64,000 bases of DNA, from positions 3,668 through 67,667 of the forward strand of contig JAUWJS010000001.1 of assembly GCA_030607575.1 (NCBI GenBank), read 5' to 3'. Numbering within the stretch: position 1 is the stretch's first letter; every line of letters begins with the position of its first letter. The position numbers and the translations under genes were made by a program. The notes beneath the pieces were generated by a model. It saw nothing but the letters and a program-made list of their open reading frames with translations. It had not been told where the DNA came from and searched no databases. Positions 40,986 through 49,582 of the stretch are shown here, piece by piece. Origin of the DNA: Candidatus Heimdallarchaeota archaeon. Its GTDB lineage: Archaea > Asgardarchaeota > Heimdallarchaeia > Heimdallarchaeales > Heimdallarchaeaceae.

Positions 40986-41825
40986 ATGAGTTTATTTTCC
41001 AAAGATTCATGCCTATTAATAACAAGTTCAAGTCATGATCATGCCCAAAAATCAGCACTTAAGCTATTTGAGAAGCTAAAGAATCAAGGTTATACTGTGT
41101 ATCTAGATACATTTCTCGCTAAGAAAAAAGGTTCTCCAGAACATTCATGTCCTGATACAAAAGTAGACATGATTTTTATTTTTGGTGGTGATGGAACAAT
41201 TCTAAAAACATTTGCGACTTGGAAAAATAGTCCAATCTTTGGAGTAAACTGTGGAAAAGTAGGCTTTCTTACGGAAATACAGCCAGAAGAAGTAGATAAA
41301 GCATTAGTGATGCTTGAAAATAAAGAGTATTTCATTGAAGATCATTATACTATAGATATTTCTTCAGAAAATTCTCCAACTGTTCCTGCTGCAAATGATG
41401 CTATTGTTACCTCTGATAAAATAGGACATGTTATCACATTGGGGGTACATGTAGATGATCAATTCCTTTACTCATTGAATAGTGATGGGCTAATAATTGC
41501 AACAAGTACAGGTTCTAGCGCCTATAGTTTATCTGCTGGTGGCTCTCTGATTGTTCCTTCAATAGAAGCTATTACTTTAGTACCAATTTGTCCAATTTCA
41601 AGAAGCATTGTACCCATGGTATTTTCTCTGGAATCTACAATCAAAGTAACAAATCTAAGTGAATACAGGTCTGGCAGTGTCGTGATTGATGGAAGAACTT
41701 ACTTCAGTTTAGGATATAAGGAATCAATAGAGATAAAGAAGTCTTCTGAAAAAATAAGTTTTATAAGATTTGCTGATAATTATGTTCCTCGTGTGAGAGA
41801 AAAACTGCTAAGATTTAACCTCTGA
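40986..41825 (+). CDS. ppnK: NAD(+) kinase.
   Basis: GGDGTILKT is the NAD-kinase GGDG motif. NDAIVTS and the TSTGSSAYSLSAGG box are present. 279 aa. Confidence 0.8.
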   Translation: MSLFSKDSCLLITSSSHDHAQKSALKLFEKLKNQGYTVYLDTFLAKKKGSPEHSCPDTKVDMIFIFGGDGTILKTFATWKNSPIFGVNCGKVGFLTEIQPEEVDKALVMLENKEYFIEDHYTIDISSENSPTVPAANDAIVTSDKIGHVITLGVHVDDQFLYSLNSDGLIIATSTGSSAYSLSAGGSLIVPSIEAITLVPICPISRSIVPMVFSLESTIKVTNLSEYRSGSVVIDGRTYFSLGYKESIEIKKSSEKISFIRFADNYVPRVREKLLRFNL

Positions 41826-42352
41826 TGATTCAGATGAATGAGCATAGACAGGAAAATAACTTCCAATATTTTATAGTTGATTCAACTGCTATTATTCATC
41901 ATTTTATTTTTGAAAGAAAAATCGATAATAATGAAGTTTTGATAATTCCTGAGATGCTCAAAGAAGAGATTGTATCTTTTCAAGCTAAATCGAATTTAGC
42001 ATTGTTGACAGAAGAAAGACAAATTGTTTTTGCTACTCCAACAGAATTTGCCGTTTCTTCGGTAACTAATTCTGCTAAGGAATCTGGTGATTATTCTTCA
42101 TTATCAAAAACTGATTTACAAGTGATTGCTTTATCACAAGACTACCCCAATAGTGTAGTTCTTAGTGATGATAATGGTGTTCAAAATGTTTGTAACAAGC
42201 TGAATGTGAAATTTCAATCTTTTCAATTCAAGATAAAACATCAACGTGAATACTTCTGGAAATGTACTGTTTGCGGAAGTAAATTTAAGCACAAAGTGGA
42301 TAGTTGTTCTGATTGTGGTAGTCCTACAAATCGCTATTACAAGAGAAAATAA
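41825..42352 (+). CDS. nob1: Nob1-like PIN-domain endonuclease with a C-terminal zinc ribbon (16S rRNA 3'-end maturation).
   Basis: PIN acidic motifs (IVDSTAII, TDLQVIALS, LSDDNGVQNV) plus a CTVCGSKFKHKVDSCSDCGSP Zn ribbon. The ~175-aa architecture is that of archaeal Nob1. Confidence 0.55.
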   Translation: MIQMNEHRQENNFQYFIVDSTAIIHHFIFERKIDNNEVLIIPEMLKEEIVSFQAKSNLALLTEERQIVFATPTEFAVSSVTNSAKESGDYSSLSKTDLQVIALSQDYPNSVVLSDDNGVQNVCNKLNVKFQSFQFKIKHQREYFWKCTVCGSKFKHKVDSCSDCGSPTNRYYKRK

Positions 42353-42375
42353 GGGATGGAAATAATTTTTTCGCT

Positions 42376-43479
42376 TTAAAGCATGGTTTCTAAAGCTTCT
42401 ATTGCTGCTAAAATGAATCTTTCATTTGTAGTTGTATCACCTAGAGTAACAAGAAAAGATTTTTCCTTATCTTTGAAAGATTGATTGTTATCGAAAGTCT
42501 GAACAATTATACCCTTGCTGCAGAGTTGATCATACAGTTCGCTAATTTCATTCTTATAGCGTATAAATAGAAAATTTGTATCGCTTCGAGAAACTTTTAA
42601 CCCACTGAGTATTTTCAAGTGTTCTATTACTCGTTTTCTTTCAACAATGAAGTTGTTTATCAATTCTACGAACTTATAAGGTGCTTGTAAAATATGTATT
42701 GTTGCTAAAATATGAATCGGGGGAATTTCTTCAATGAAGTAATTTTCTTTTAGCAAATTAATATACTTTGGATCGGAGATAAGATATGCAGAAGAAGTTG
42801 CACCCAATCCCCATGCTTTGGCAAAAGACCTAATTACAGTTAAATTATCGAAGTACTGCACCTGATTTACCAAACTGTATTTTCCAAATTCCACATAAGC
42901 TTCATCAACTATTATTGGAATTTCAAGTTCTCTTGCTAGGGTTAGAACATCGCCTTCGTCAAATTGATTTGCAGTAGGATAATGTGGTGAGGAAAAAATA
43001 ATTGCTTTTGGAGATGTCTTTTCTGCTAATTCAATTATTGCATTTATATCTAGTTCAAAGTTGTCCATTAAGCTAATTCTTTGGATATTGAGTTTCTGAT
43101 TTTGAGCAATTACATCATAAATTTCCTTATCAGGAGCTAATAAAATGATATCATTTTTTGGTTTTGTTGTAATCGAAATCATTCTTTGTAGAAGTTGAGT
43201 GTGAGTTAATCCAGGATAAATCGTAGGTACTTCAACGCCAACAAAACGTGAAATCTCTTCAATGAAAGAGAAATAATTTATTGGATAACTGTCTCTTGGA
43301 TCTATTGATTGAATGGTGTTTGTAATGATTTTCTGAACTAGGGTGGGTGGAACAAAGAGATTATCACCTAAACTAAGATCAAGAATTTGATCTATATTTA
43401 AGTTATATTTATCAGCAATTTCCTGATGCTTCTTTATTCGATCAAGCGCATGTTTAGTAATAGAAATCCTGTTAGACAG
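42376..43479 (-). CDS. Class I/II aminotransferase (histidinol-phosphate aminotransferase-like). The frame is open ~99 codons upstream of the first ATG, with no canonical start.
   Basis: DEAYVEFG and SFAKAWGLGA (PLP-Lys region) are as in HisC-like enzymes. My manual translation upstream of the 43182 Met (LSNRISITKHALDRIKKHQEIADKYNLNIDQILDLSLGDNLFVPPTLV ... YPGLTHTQLLQRM) resembles the HisC N-terminus but has no ATG, GTG or TTG codon. Confidence 0.45.
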   Translation of the reverse strand: MSNRISITKHALDRIKKHQEIADKYNLNIDQILDLSLGDNLFVPPTLVQKIITNTIQSIDPRDSYPINYFSFIEEISRFVGVEVPTIYPGLTHTQLLQRMISITTKPKNDIILLAPDKEIYDVIAQNQKLNIQRISLMDNFELDINAIIELAEKTSPKAIIFSSPHYPTANQFDEGDVLTLARELEIPIIVDEAYVEFGKYSLVNQVQYFDNLTVIRSFAKAWGLGATSSAYLISDPKYINLLKENYFIEEIPPIHILATIHILQAPYKFVELINNFIVERKRVIEHLKILSGLKVSRSDTNFLFIRYKNEISELYDQLCSKGIIVQTFDNNQSFKDKEKSFLVTLGDTTTNERFILAAIEALETML

Positions 43480-43612
43480 CTATTTCACCTATTTTTTTTG
43501 AACAATCTAGTCAAATTTGAGAAATAGAAAATTCTAATGATTATAAAAGTATCCTTCATCAGATTTGAATGCTGTTATTTATGGGGAAAACTAAAAAAGA
43601 ATGATAAACTAA

Positions 43613-44542
43613 ATGAGCTACATAAAGAATTTACTAGAAAGGTGGCAAACAATGGTTCATAAATTTACTGTTGAATTTCCTGAAAGTATATGGAAAGCTA
43701 TTCAAGATAAGAAAGGAGCTGGCTCGATAAAGGACTTCTTAATCAGATTAATAGAAAAAGAATTTGAGTTAAGAAAGAACAAGGTTTTAATTTTGGCTGG
43801 TGGCGAAGGAGCTCGTCTAAAACCATTAACAGAAACCATTCCCAAAGCAATGATTCCTGTGGGTTACAGACCATTACTTGAATACAATCTTGAATTAATT
43901 GCTAAAAGTGGAATTACTGATATTGTCCTACTGATAGGAAAATTAGGTAATAGAATTATGAAACACTTTGGTCAAAAATGGAATGGATTAGATATAAGTT
44001 ATGTGAGTGAGTCTACAAACTTGGATACGGCAGGTGCAATATATAATGCTCGAAATCTCGTTTCTGATACATTTATTGTCATGAATTCTGATATTCTAAC
44101 AGATATAAATTTAATAAGTTTGATTGATTATCACATGAGCCACAAAAAGGATGTAATAGCTACAGTTTGCGGGATTGGGGTAAATAATTATTATCAAACT
44201 ATGGGGAAAACTGCAGACAAAGGACTTTTTTCTGATTATGGAGTGTTCTACATAGATGATGTAATTAATAAAATAGTAACAAGATTTGAGGAACCACCCA
44301 CGAAATCACAGCAGAGTGGTTACATAAATACTGGAATTTATGTTTTTGAACCACAAATAATGGATTATTTGTCTGATTCAGAAGGAAAATCTATTTCAGG
44401 AGATACTTTACCACATTTGATTGATGATAAAAAAGTAAAGGCATATCTATGCCCCAAGAATGTGTTCTGGATAGATGTTGCTCATCCTGAACGTTGGAGC
44501 AAAGCATGGGATGTTTTGTTTTCTGGAGCATTTGAAATCTAA
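43613..44542 (+). CDS. Sugar-phosphate nucleotidyltransferase (NTP-transferase family) with an N-terminal RHH-like extension.
   Basis: VLILAGGEGARLKPLTETIPKAMIPV is the G-x-G-x-R-L nucleotidyltransferase signature. The preceding ~55 aa (FTVEFPESIWKAIQDKKGAGSIKDFLIRLIEKEF) look like a ribbon-helix-helix (CopG-like) module. Confidence 0.55.
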   Translation: MSYIKNLLERWQTMVHKFTVEFPESIWKAIQDKKGAGSIKDFLIRLIEKEFELRKNKVLILAGGEGARLKPLTETIPKAMIPVGYRPLLEYNLELIAKSGITDIVLLIGKLGNRIMKHFGQKWNGLDISYVSESTNLDTAGAIYNARNLVSDTFIVMNSDILTDINLISLIDYHMSHKKDVIATVCGIGVNNYYQTMGKTADKGLFSDYGVFYIDDVINKIVTRFEEPPTKSQQSGYINTGIYVFEPQIMDYLSDSEGKSISGDTLPHLIDDKKVKAYLCPKNVFWIDVAHPERWSKAWDVLFSGAFEI

Positions 44543-44636
44543 TCTAAAATGAATATATGAAATAAAACTCAAAAGTGCAAATATTTAATAGTTCAAGTAG
44601 AAAGACAGCTTCAAGCAAAAGAAAGGTGACGAATTT

Positions 44637-44939
44637 ATGGACCTCAACCGAAGCATTAGAATCGCAGTAGATACTGGAAAAGTTTCTTATGGTGCAGACA
44701 CTGCAAATAACGCACTATTAAACAAACAAGCTAAACTAGTAATATTATCAAACAACGCTCCTCAAAAGGTTAAAGAGGATGTATATAGGTATGCAAATCT
44801 TTCTGAAATACCTATTTTAGAATTCACAGGTTCATCATTAGATTTAGGTGCAATTTGTGGAAGACCACACTTTGTTGCAGCTTTAGCTATTCATGAAATG
44901 GGAGACAGTGATATACTCAAAGCGATTAAAAAGAAATAA
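44637..44939 (+). CDS. rpl30e: 50S ribosomal protein L30e (eL30).
   Basis: KLVILSNNAPQKVKEDVYRYANLSEIPILEFTGSSLDLGAICGRPHFVAALAI matches the eL30 pattern (KLVILANNCP ... Y ... G ... ELG ... CGK). Confidence 0.75.
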   Translation: MDLNRSIRIAVDTGKVSYGADTANNALLNKQAKLVILSNNAPQKVKEDVYRYANLSEIPILEFTGSSLDLGAICGRPHFVAALAIHEMGDSDILKAIKKK

Positions 44940-45106
44940 ATACAAGTTAGTATTGTAAAACCGTATCCAACTAATGTTTAAATAGACTTTTAAACATCCA
45001 AGCTATAAAGATTACTTGAATCGCGAAGAAAAGAGGACAACACTTATCAAAATAGATTTTTGTCAATAAATACAAAAATATGATTTTAAGATATGGATGA
45101 AATAAA

Positions 45107-45541
45107 ATGCCTGCAGTTAAATTATCACAAACAGAAATGCAATATATAACTATTCTTCAAGGAATCGTTAACGTCACCATAAAGGATTGTATTGTTGATG
45201 AAGAAGACAACAAAGTCATCTTTGTTGTTTCTGGGGGACAAGCTGGATTAGCAATTGGGAAGCGTGGAATGAACATAAACAAGTTAAAAGAAATGATTGC
45301 AAAGGACGTAGAAATAATTGAACATTCATCAGATCCCGCTAAATTTATCAGAAATTGTTTCTTACCAATCATCATAAGAGAAGTAATTTTTTTGGATAGA
45401 AGAAATGGAAAAGCTGCTACAGTTGAAGTTGATAACAAGGATAAAGGAAGAGCAATTGGAAGAAGCGGAAAAAACATAAACAAAGTAAAAAGTCTGGTTC
45501 TCCGACAATTTGACATTGTTGATGTTATGATCAAGCAATAA
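45107..45541 (+). CDS. nusA: Archaeal NusA-like transcription termination/antitermination factor (two KH domains).
   Basis: Two KH GxxG-type motifs (GGQAGLAIGKRGMNINKLKEMI and GRAIGRSGKNINKVKSLV); ~144 aa. It follows L30e, as in the canonical archaeal cluster. Confidence 0.75.
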   Translation: MPAVKLSQTEMQYITILQGIVNVTIKDCIVDEEDNKVIFVVSGGQAGLAIGKRGMNINKLKEMIAKDVEIIEHSSDPAKFIRNCFLPIIIREVIFLDRRNGKAATVEVDNKDKGRAIGRSGKNINKVKSLVLRQFDIVDVMIKQ

Positions 45542-45638
45542 ATGGCTAAATTTCTTTAAAAATCTAGTATCTTCTAAGATTTTTAGAAAAAATTAAAGTA
45601 GCACATTCAATAGACAAAATATTGAAGACTGTGATGAC

Positions 45639-46046
45639 ATGATAAATCCATCATTATCAGATAATGAAAAATTAGCTAAACTGATTAAGTTAATAAAAGA
45701 AGAGGGTACATTATCTGAAATTACAGAAAATGAGATTATCTCACTTTTTGAATCTCGGGGTGAAAAAGCAGTGAAAGCTCTACGAGAAAACAGACTCCAC
45801 AAATTAATTCTTAATGAAAGAGTTGCCATATGGGAAATTGAAGGAACAGGTGGAAACTATATCTTGATTGATAACAACTACTGTGAATGCAAGGATTTTC
45901 AAATCCGAGTTTTGAGCAGAGGAGAAAAAACGCTATGTTATCACTTATTAGCTAAAGTAATTGGAGAAGAATTACAGCATTATAATCTAAAAAAAATCTC
46001 TGATGAGGATTATAATCAGATAATAAGAGACAAAATCTCTGAGTAA
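45639..46046 (+). CDS. Small SWIM-type zinc-finger protein (135 aa).
   Basis: YCECKDFQIRVLSRGEKTLCYH is a CxCx(n)CxH SWIM motif. The rest is helical. Confidence 0.3.
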   Translation: MINPSLSDNEKLAKLIKLIKEEGTLSEITENEIISLFESRGEKAVKALRENRLHKLILNERVAIWEIEGTGGNYILIDNNYCECKDFQIRVLSRGEKTLCYHLLAKVIGEELQHYNLKKISDEDYNQIIRDKISE

Positions 46047-46081
46047 CTTCAAAAATAAAAAGAATGGAGTGAAAGAAATTA

Positions 46082-49000
46082 TTATGCAATATCTTCAAGT
46101 TCTATGTGAGGTGCAATTCCTAGACTCATTAATTCTTGCAATAGTAGTTTAAACGCATAGCTGATAACTACTTTTGAAACAGTAGTTTCTTCCCTGCATA
46201 TTGGACAATGATATCTGTCTTTGTTTCTATCATACATAGCTAAGAATCCACATTTGGAGCAGATTAACGCATCTGTTTTATCAGACTCATCAAGTAATCT
46301 TTCCTTAAGCAAAATAGATGTTCCATGTCCTATAAGGCAATCTCTTTCCATTTCACCGAATCTTAACCCTCCTTCTCTGGCTCTTCCTTCAGTTGGTTGT
46401 CTTGTAAGCATTTGAATTGGGCCACGAGCTCGAGCATGGATTTTATCTTGCACTAGATGGTGAAGTTTTTGATAGAATTGAGATCCTACAAAGATAGTTC
46501 CTTCTAGTCTTCTGCCAGTTTTGCCATCATACATCACTTCCCTACCAAGTGGGTGCATGCCTTGAACTTTTAGTGTATTATGCAAATCTGTTAAGCTAGT
46601 TTTATTAAATGCAGTACCATAAATTGCTTCTCCAGCGTAAGCTGCTACTTTTCCGGCTAGTAATTCCATTAGCATTCCAATTGTCATTCTTGAAGGAACT
46701 GCATGAGGATTAATGATTATATCAGGAACAATACCTGATTCAGTGAAAGGCATATCTTCTTGAGGAATAATTAAACCAATAACACCCTTCTGTCCATGTC
46801 TTGAAGCAAATTTATCTCCTATTTCTGGAATTCTCTCTGATCGAACTTTAACTTTTACAAGTCTGTTTCCTTCATTTGTATCAGTTAATACAACCATATC
46901 CGATAAACCATTCTCACCATGTCTCATGGCTTTACTTGTTTCTCTTCTATTCTGGGGTGGGACATCAAATTCAGTATACTCCTCCAAAAATCTTGGAGGA
47001 CTGGTCCTACCAATTAAAACCTCTCCTCTGTGTCCATCAACTGCAATTTCTGGTTCTATGATTCCATCTTCCCCTAGATGAACATATTGAGATTCATCCT
47101 TGTAACCTCTTACTGTATCATCGGGAATTTCAAAAGTATCCTCTTGACCATTTGGATACTTTCTTTCTTCCGCATCATAGGTTCTATAGAAAGTGCTTCT
47201 CCCTAATCCTCTTTCAATGGCTGCCTTATTTATTAGAAGAGCATCTTCCATATTATATCCTTCATAAGACAACACAGCAACGATGAAGTTTTGTCCAGCA
47301 GGACGGCTTTCAAATCCAATAGAATCCATACCGTGAGTTTTAACTAAAGGTTTTTGTGGATAGTGTAAAACATGAGCTCTGGTATCCATACGATATCTAA
47401 AATTAGCAGAAAAGATTCCAAGTGCTTGTTTAGCCATTCCTGCTTCATAGACGTTACGATCAGAACGATTGTGCTCAGGGAATGGAATTAATGAAGCACA
47501 TATTCCAAGAATAGTACTTGGAGTAATTTCCATATGAGTAATTTCAGGATTCAAAGAATCTTCATCTATTGCAATATAGAGATTTTCTTCTTCTTCTGCA
47601 TCAACATACTCAACAATTTGATTTCTTATCAAATCACTCCATGTCCATTTACCACTTTTAATCAAGTTGAACTTTTCTTTAGTAAGCTGTGGATCTCCTT
47701 CTTTGACAATAATAAGTGGGCGACGAACTCTACCTGCATCACAGTTAACCATTATCTCATTGGTGTCCGAATAATAAGAAAAATTAACTTCATGATGAAA
47801 GTCACCTGTTCTTCGTTTTTCTAATGCTTTTTCGTAGAACTCTACACCGTTTTGAATTACCCCTAGAAAACTTCCATTTAAGAAAACCTTGCAGTAATTT
47901 GGATCAGCAACTTTCTTAGCGAGGTCAGAGCTAGATTCAACTAAATCTGAAGGTTTAATTTTATCTAATTCTAAATCGTCAACAAGTTTTTTCTCAACAT
48001 CTTTACTATTCAAACCTACACTAATATATGCTTGAAGTGCGAGATTCTTTACTAAACCGCAATTTGGACCTTCTGGTGTTTCATTTGGACATATTTTACC
48101 AAAATGAGTTGGATGAAGATCTCTTGCTTCGAAGTGAGGTTGACTTCTACTGAGAGGACTTACCACCCTTCGTAGATGACTTAAGGCTGACATATAGTTT
48201 GTTCTATCTAGAAGTTGGCTTACTCCTGATTTTCCTCCAGTCCAATTTCCTGTAGCTAATGCATGACGCAGTCTTTCAGTAATTAAATCTGCACGAACAG
48301 CAGTTTTAAGATTTGGTTTTCTACCTCTGACAGTAACTCTTTCTAATTGATACTTGATATCTCTGCAAAGAGCATGAAAGGCAACTCGATACAACATTAA
48401 CAAAAGATCACCTGCTAGTTTCAATCGTTTATTTGCATAGTGGTCTTTATCATCTTCTGGTCTGATACCAGCTTCTAATTCAAGAAGTCTTTGAGCCATC
48501 CTAGCTAGGAAGAAGGCTTTCTTTAATCGTGATTCTGTGTCACTTCCGAGATGAGGTAATAAATATTTATCTAAAACTTGCATGGCTCTGTTAATACGAT
48601 ATTCTTTAGTTTGTCCAACAGCCACTCTTTTTCCGATATAATCTAGTGACTCTTCAGTGGTATCAATTTCTGAGGATTCACGCATTAAAATCGACATTAC
48701 GCGAGCACGTAATTCAGGTGTAGGACTTATTGCCATTGCAATCATGTCATCTCTTTCAATACCAAGTGCTCTCATCAGCAAGATAAGTGATATCTTTCTT
48801 GGCATACTTGGAAAACTAACTCTTAATTGAACGTCACTGGTGTGTTCTACAGTAACGGGTGCTCTAAAACCATGAATTACGCTGAAAACCTTAGCTTCAC
48901 TAGTCACATTTCCTTTACTTGTCGATTTTTCAATCAAAATTCGGTTTGGAGCTAAATCTTCTTGTGTGACTATTACTCTTTCACTTCCATTCACTAAGAA

Positions 49001-49561
49001 ATAACCACCTGGATCTTTAGGATCCTCACCGAGTTTAACAAGAGATTCTGGAGCTCTATTGTATAATTGACAGCTTTTGGATTTTAACATTATAGGAAGA
49101 TAACCAATGAAGACACTAATCTCTTCTAATGGAGTTTCCACACCATCTTCCCCACTTCTTTTAATGGGGATCATGTGAAGGTTTAATCTTGAAGCATAAG
49201 TAAGGTTTCGAATTCTTGCTTCCATAGGATATATCGAACTCTGGGAACCATCAGCCTCTCTAATTGTTGGTTCTTCAACCTCAACTTTTTTAAGTTTCAC
49301 ATAGAATTCAGAATCTTCTGGTTCAATAACTTTAATTTCATTAATCACAGATTGCAACCCTTTCTCAATGAAATCATTATAAGAATCTAGATGTTGACGA
49401 ACTAGTCCTAATTCATCAAACATGGAGTTTACTAGTACCCATCGACTATTTGCATCTGCTTTACCTTTTTTCTTGGCCATATGAACACCTATATACCAAA
49501 TAAAAACTAACGTCCTCGCAATAAGAGGGTTTTCGGATATATTAAAAAGATTATGAATCAA
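46082..49561 (-). CDS. rpoB: DNA-directed RNA polymerase subunit B (unsplit, Rpb2 homolog).
   Basis: 1159 aa. Conserved Rpb2 blocks (GQKGVIG, PFTESGIVPDIIINPHAVPSRMTIG, C-terminal Zn motif CSKCG ... CPICRE). The likely true start is MAKKKGK. Confidence 0.95.
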   Translation of the reverse strand: MIHNLFNISENPLIARTLVFIWYIGVHMAKKKGKADANSRWVLVNSMFDELGLVRQHLDSYNDFIEKGLQSVINEIKVIEPEDSEFYVKLKKVEVEEPTIREADGSQSSIYPMEARIRNLTYASRLNLHMIPIKRSGEDGVETPLEEISVFIGYLPIMLKSKSCQLYNRAPESLVKLGEDPKDPGGYFLVNGSERVIVTQEDLAPNRILIEKSTSKGNVTSEAKVFSVIHGFRAPVTVEHTSDVQLRVSFPSMPRKISLILLMRALGIERDDMIAMAISPTPELRARVMSILMRESSEIDTTEESLDYIGKRVAVGQTKEYRINRAMQVLDKYLLPHLGSDTESRLKKAFFLARMAQRLLELEAGIRPEDDKDHYANKRLKLAGDLLLMLYRVAFHALCRDIKYQLERVTVRGRKPNLKTAVRADLITERLRHALATGNWTGGKSGVSQLLDRTNYMSALSHLRRVVSPLSRSQPHFEARDLHPTHFGKICPNETPEGPNCGLVKNLALQAYISVGLNSKDVEKKLVDDLELDKIKPSDLVESSSDLAKKVADPNYCKVFLNGSFLGVIQNGVEFYEKALEKRRTGDFHHEVNFSYYSDTNEIMVNCDAGRVRRPLIIVKEGDPQLTKEKFNLIKSGKWTWSDLIRNQIVEYVDAEEEENLYIAIDEDSLNPEITHMEITPSTILGICASLIPFPEHNRSDRNVYEAGMAKQALGIFSANFRYRMDTRAHVLHYPQKPLVKTHGMDSIGFESRPAGQNFIVAVLSYEGYNMEDALLINKAAIERGLGRSTFYRTYDAEERKYPNGQEDTFEIPDDTVRGYKDESQYVHLGEDGIIEPEIAVDGHRGEVLIGRTSPPRFLEEYTEFDVPPQNRRETSKAMRHGENGLSDMVVLTDTNEGNRLVKVKVRSERIPEIGDKFASRHGQKGVIGLIIPQEDMPFTESGIVPDIIINPHAVPSRMTIGMLMELLAGKVAAYAGEAIYGTAFNKTSLTDLHNTLKVQGMHPLGREVMYDGKTGRRLEGTIFVGSQFYQKLHHLVQDKIHARARGPIQMLTRQPTEGRAREGGLRFGEMERDCLIGHGTSILLKERLLDESDKTDALICSKCGFLAMYDRNKDRYHCPICREETTVSKVVISYAFKLLLQELMSLGIAPHIELEDIA

Positions 49562-49582
49562 GACTATATTAGTTCATTCAGA

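Noticed and set aside
44940-45106. A 167-bp gap between L30e and nusA containing a short inverted repeat (GTTTAAA-N6-TTTAAAC).
   Set aside because: The 7-bp AT-only arms are expected by chance in an AT-rich genome. This is probably just the nusA promoter region.
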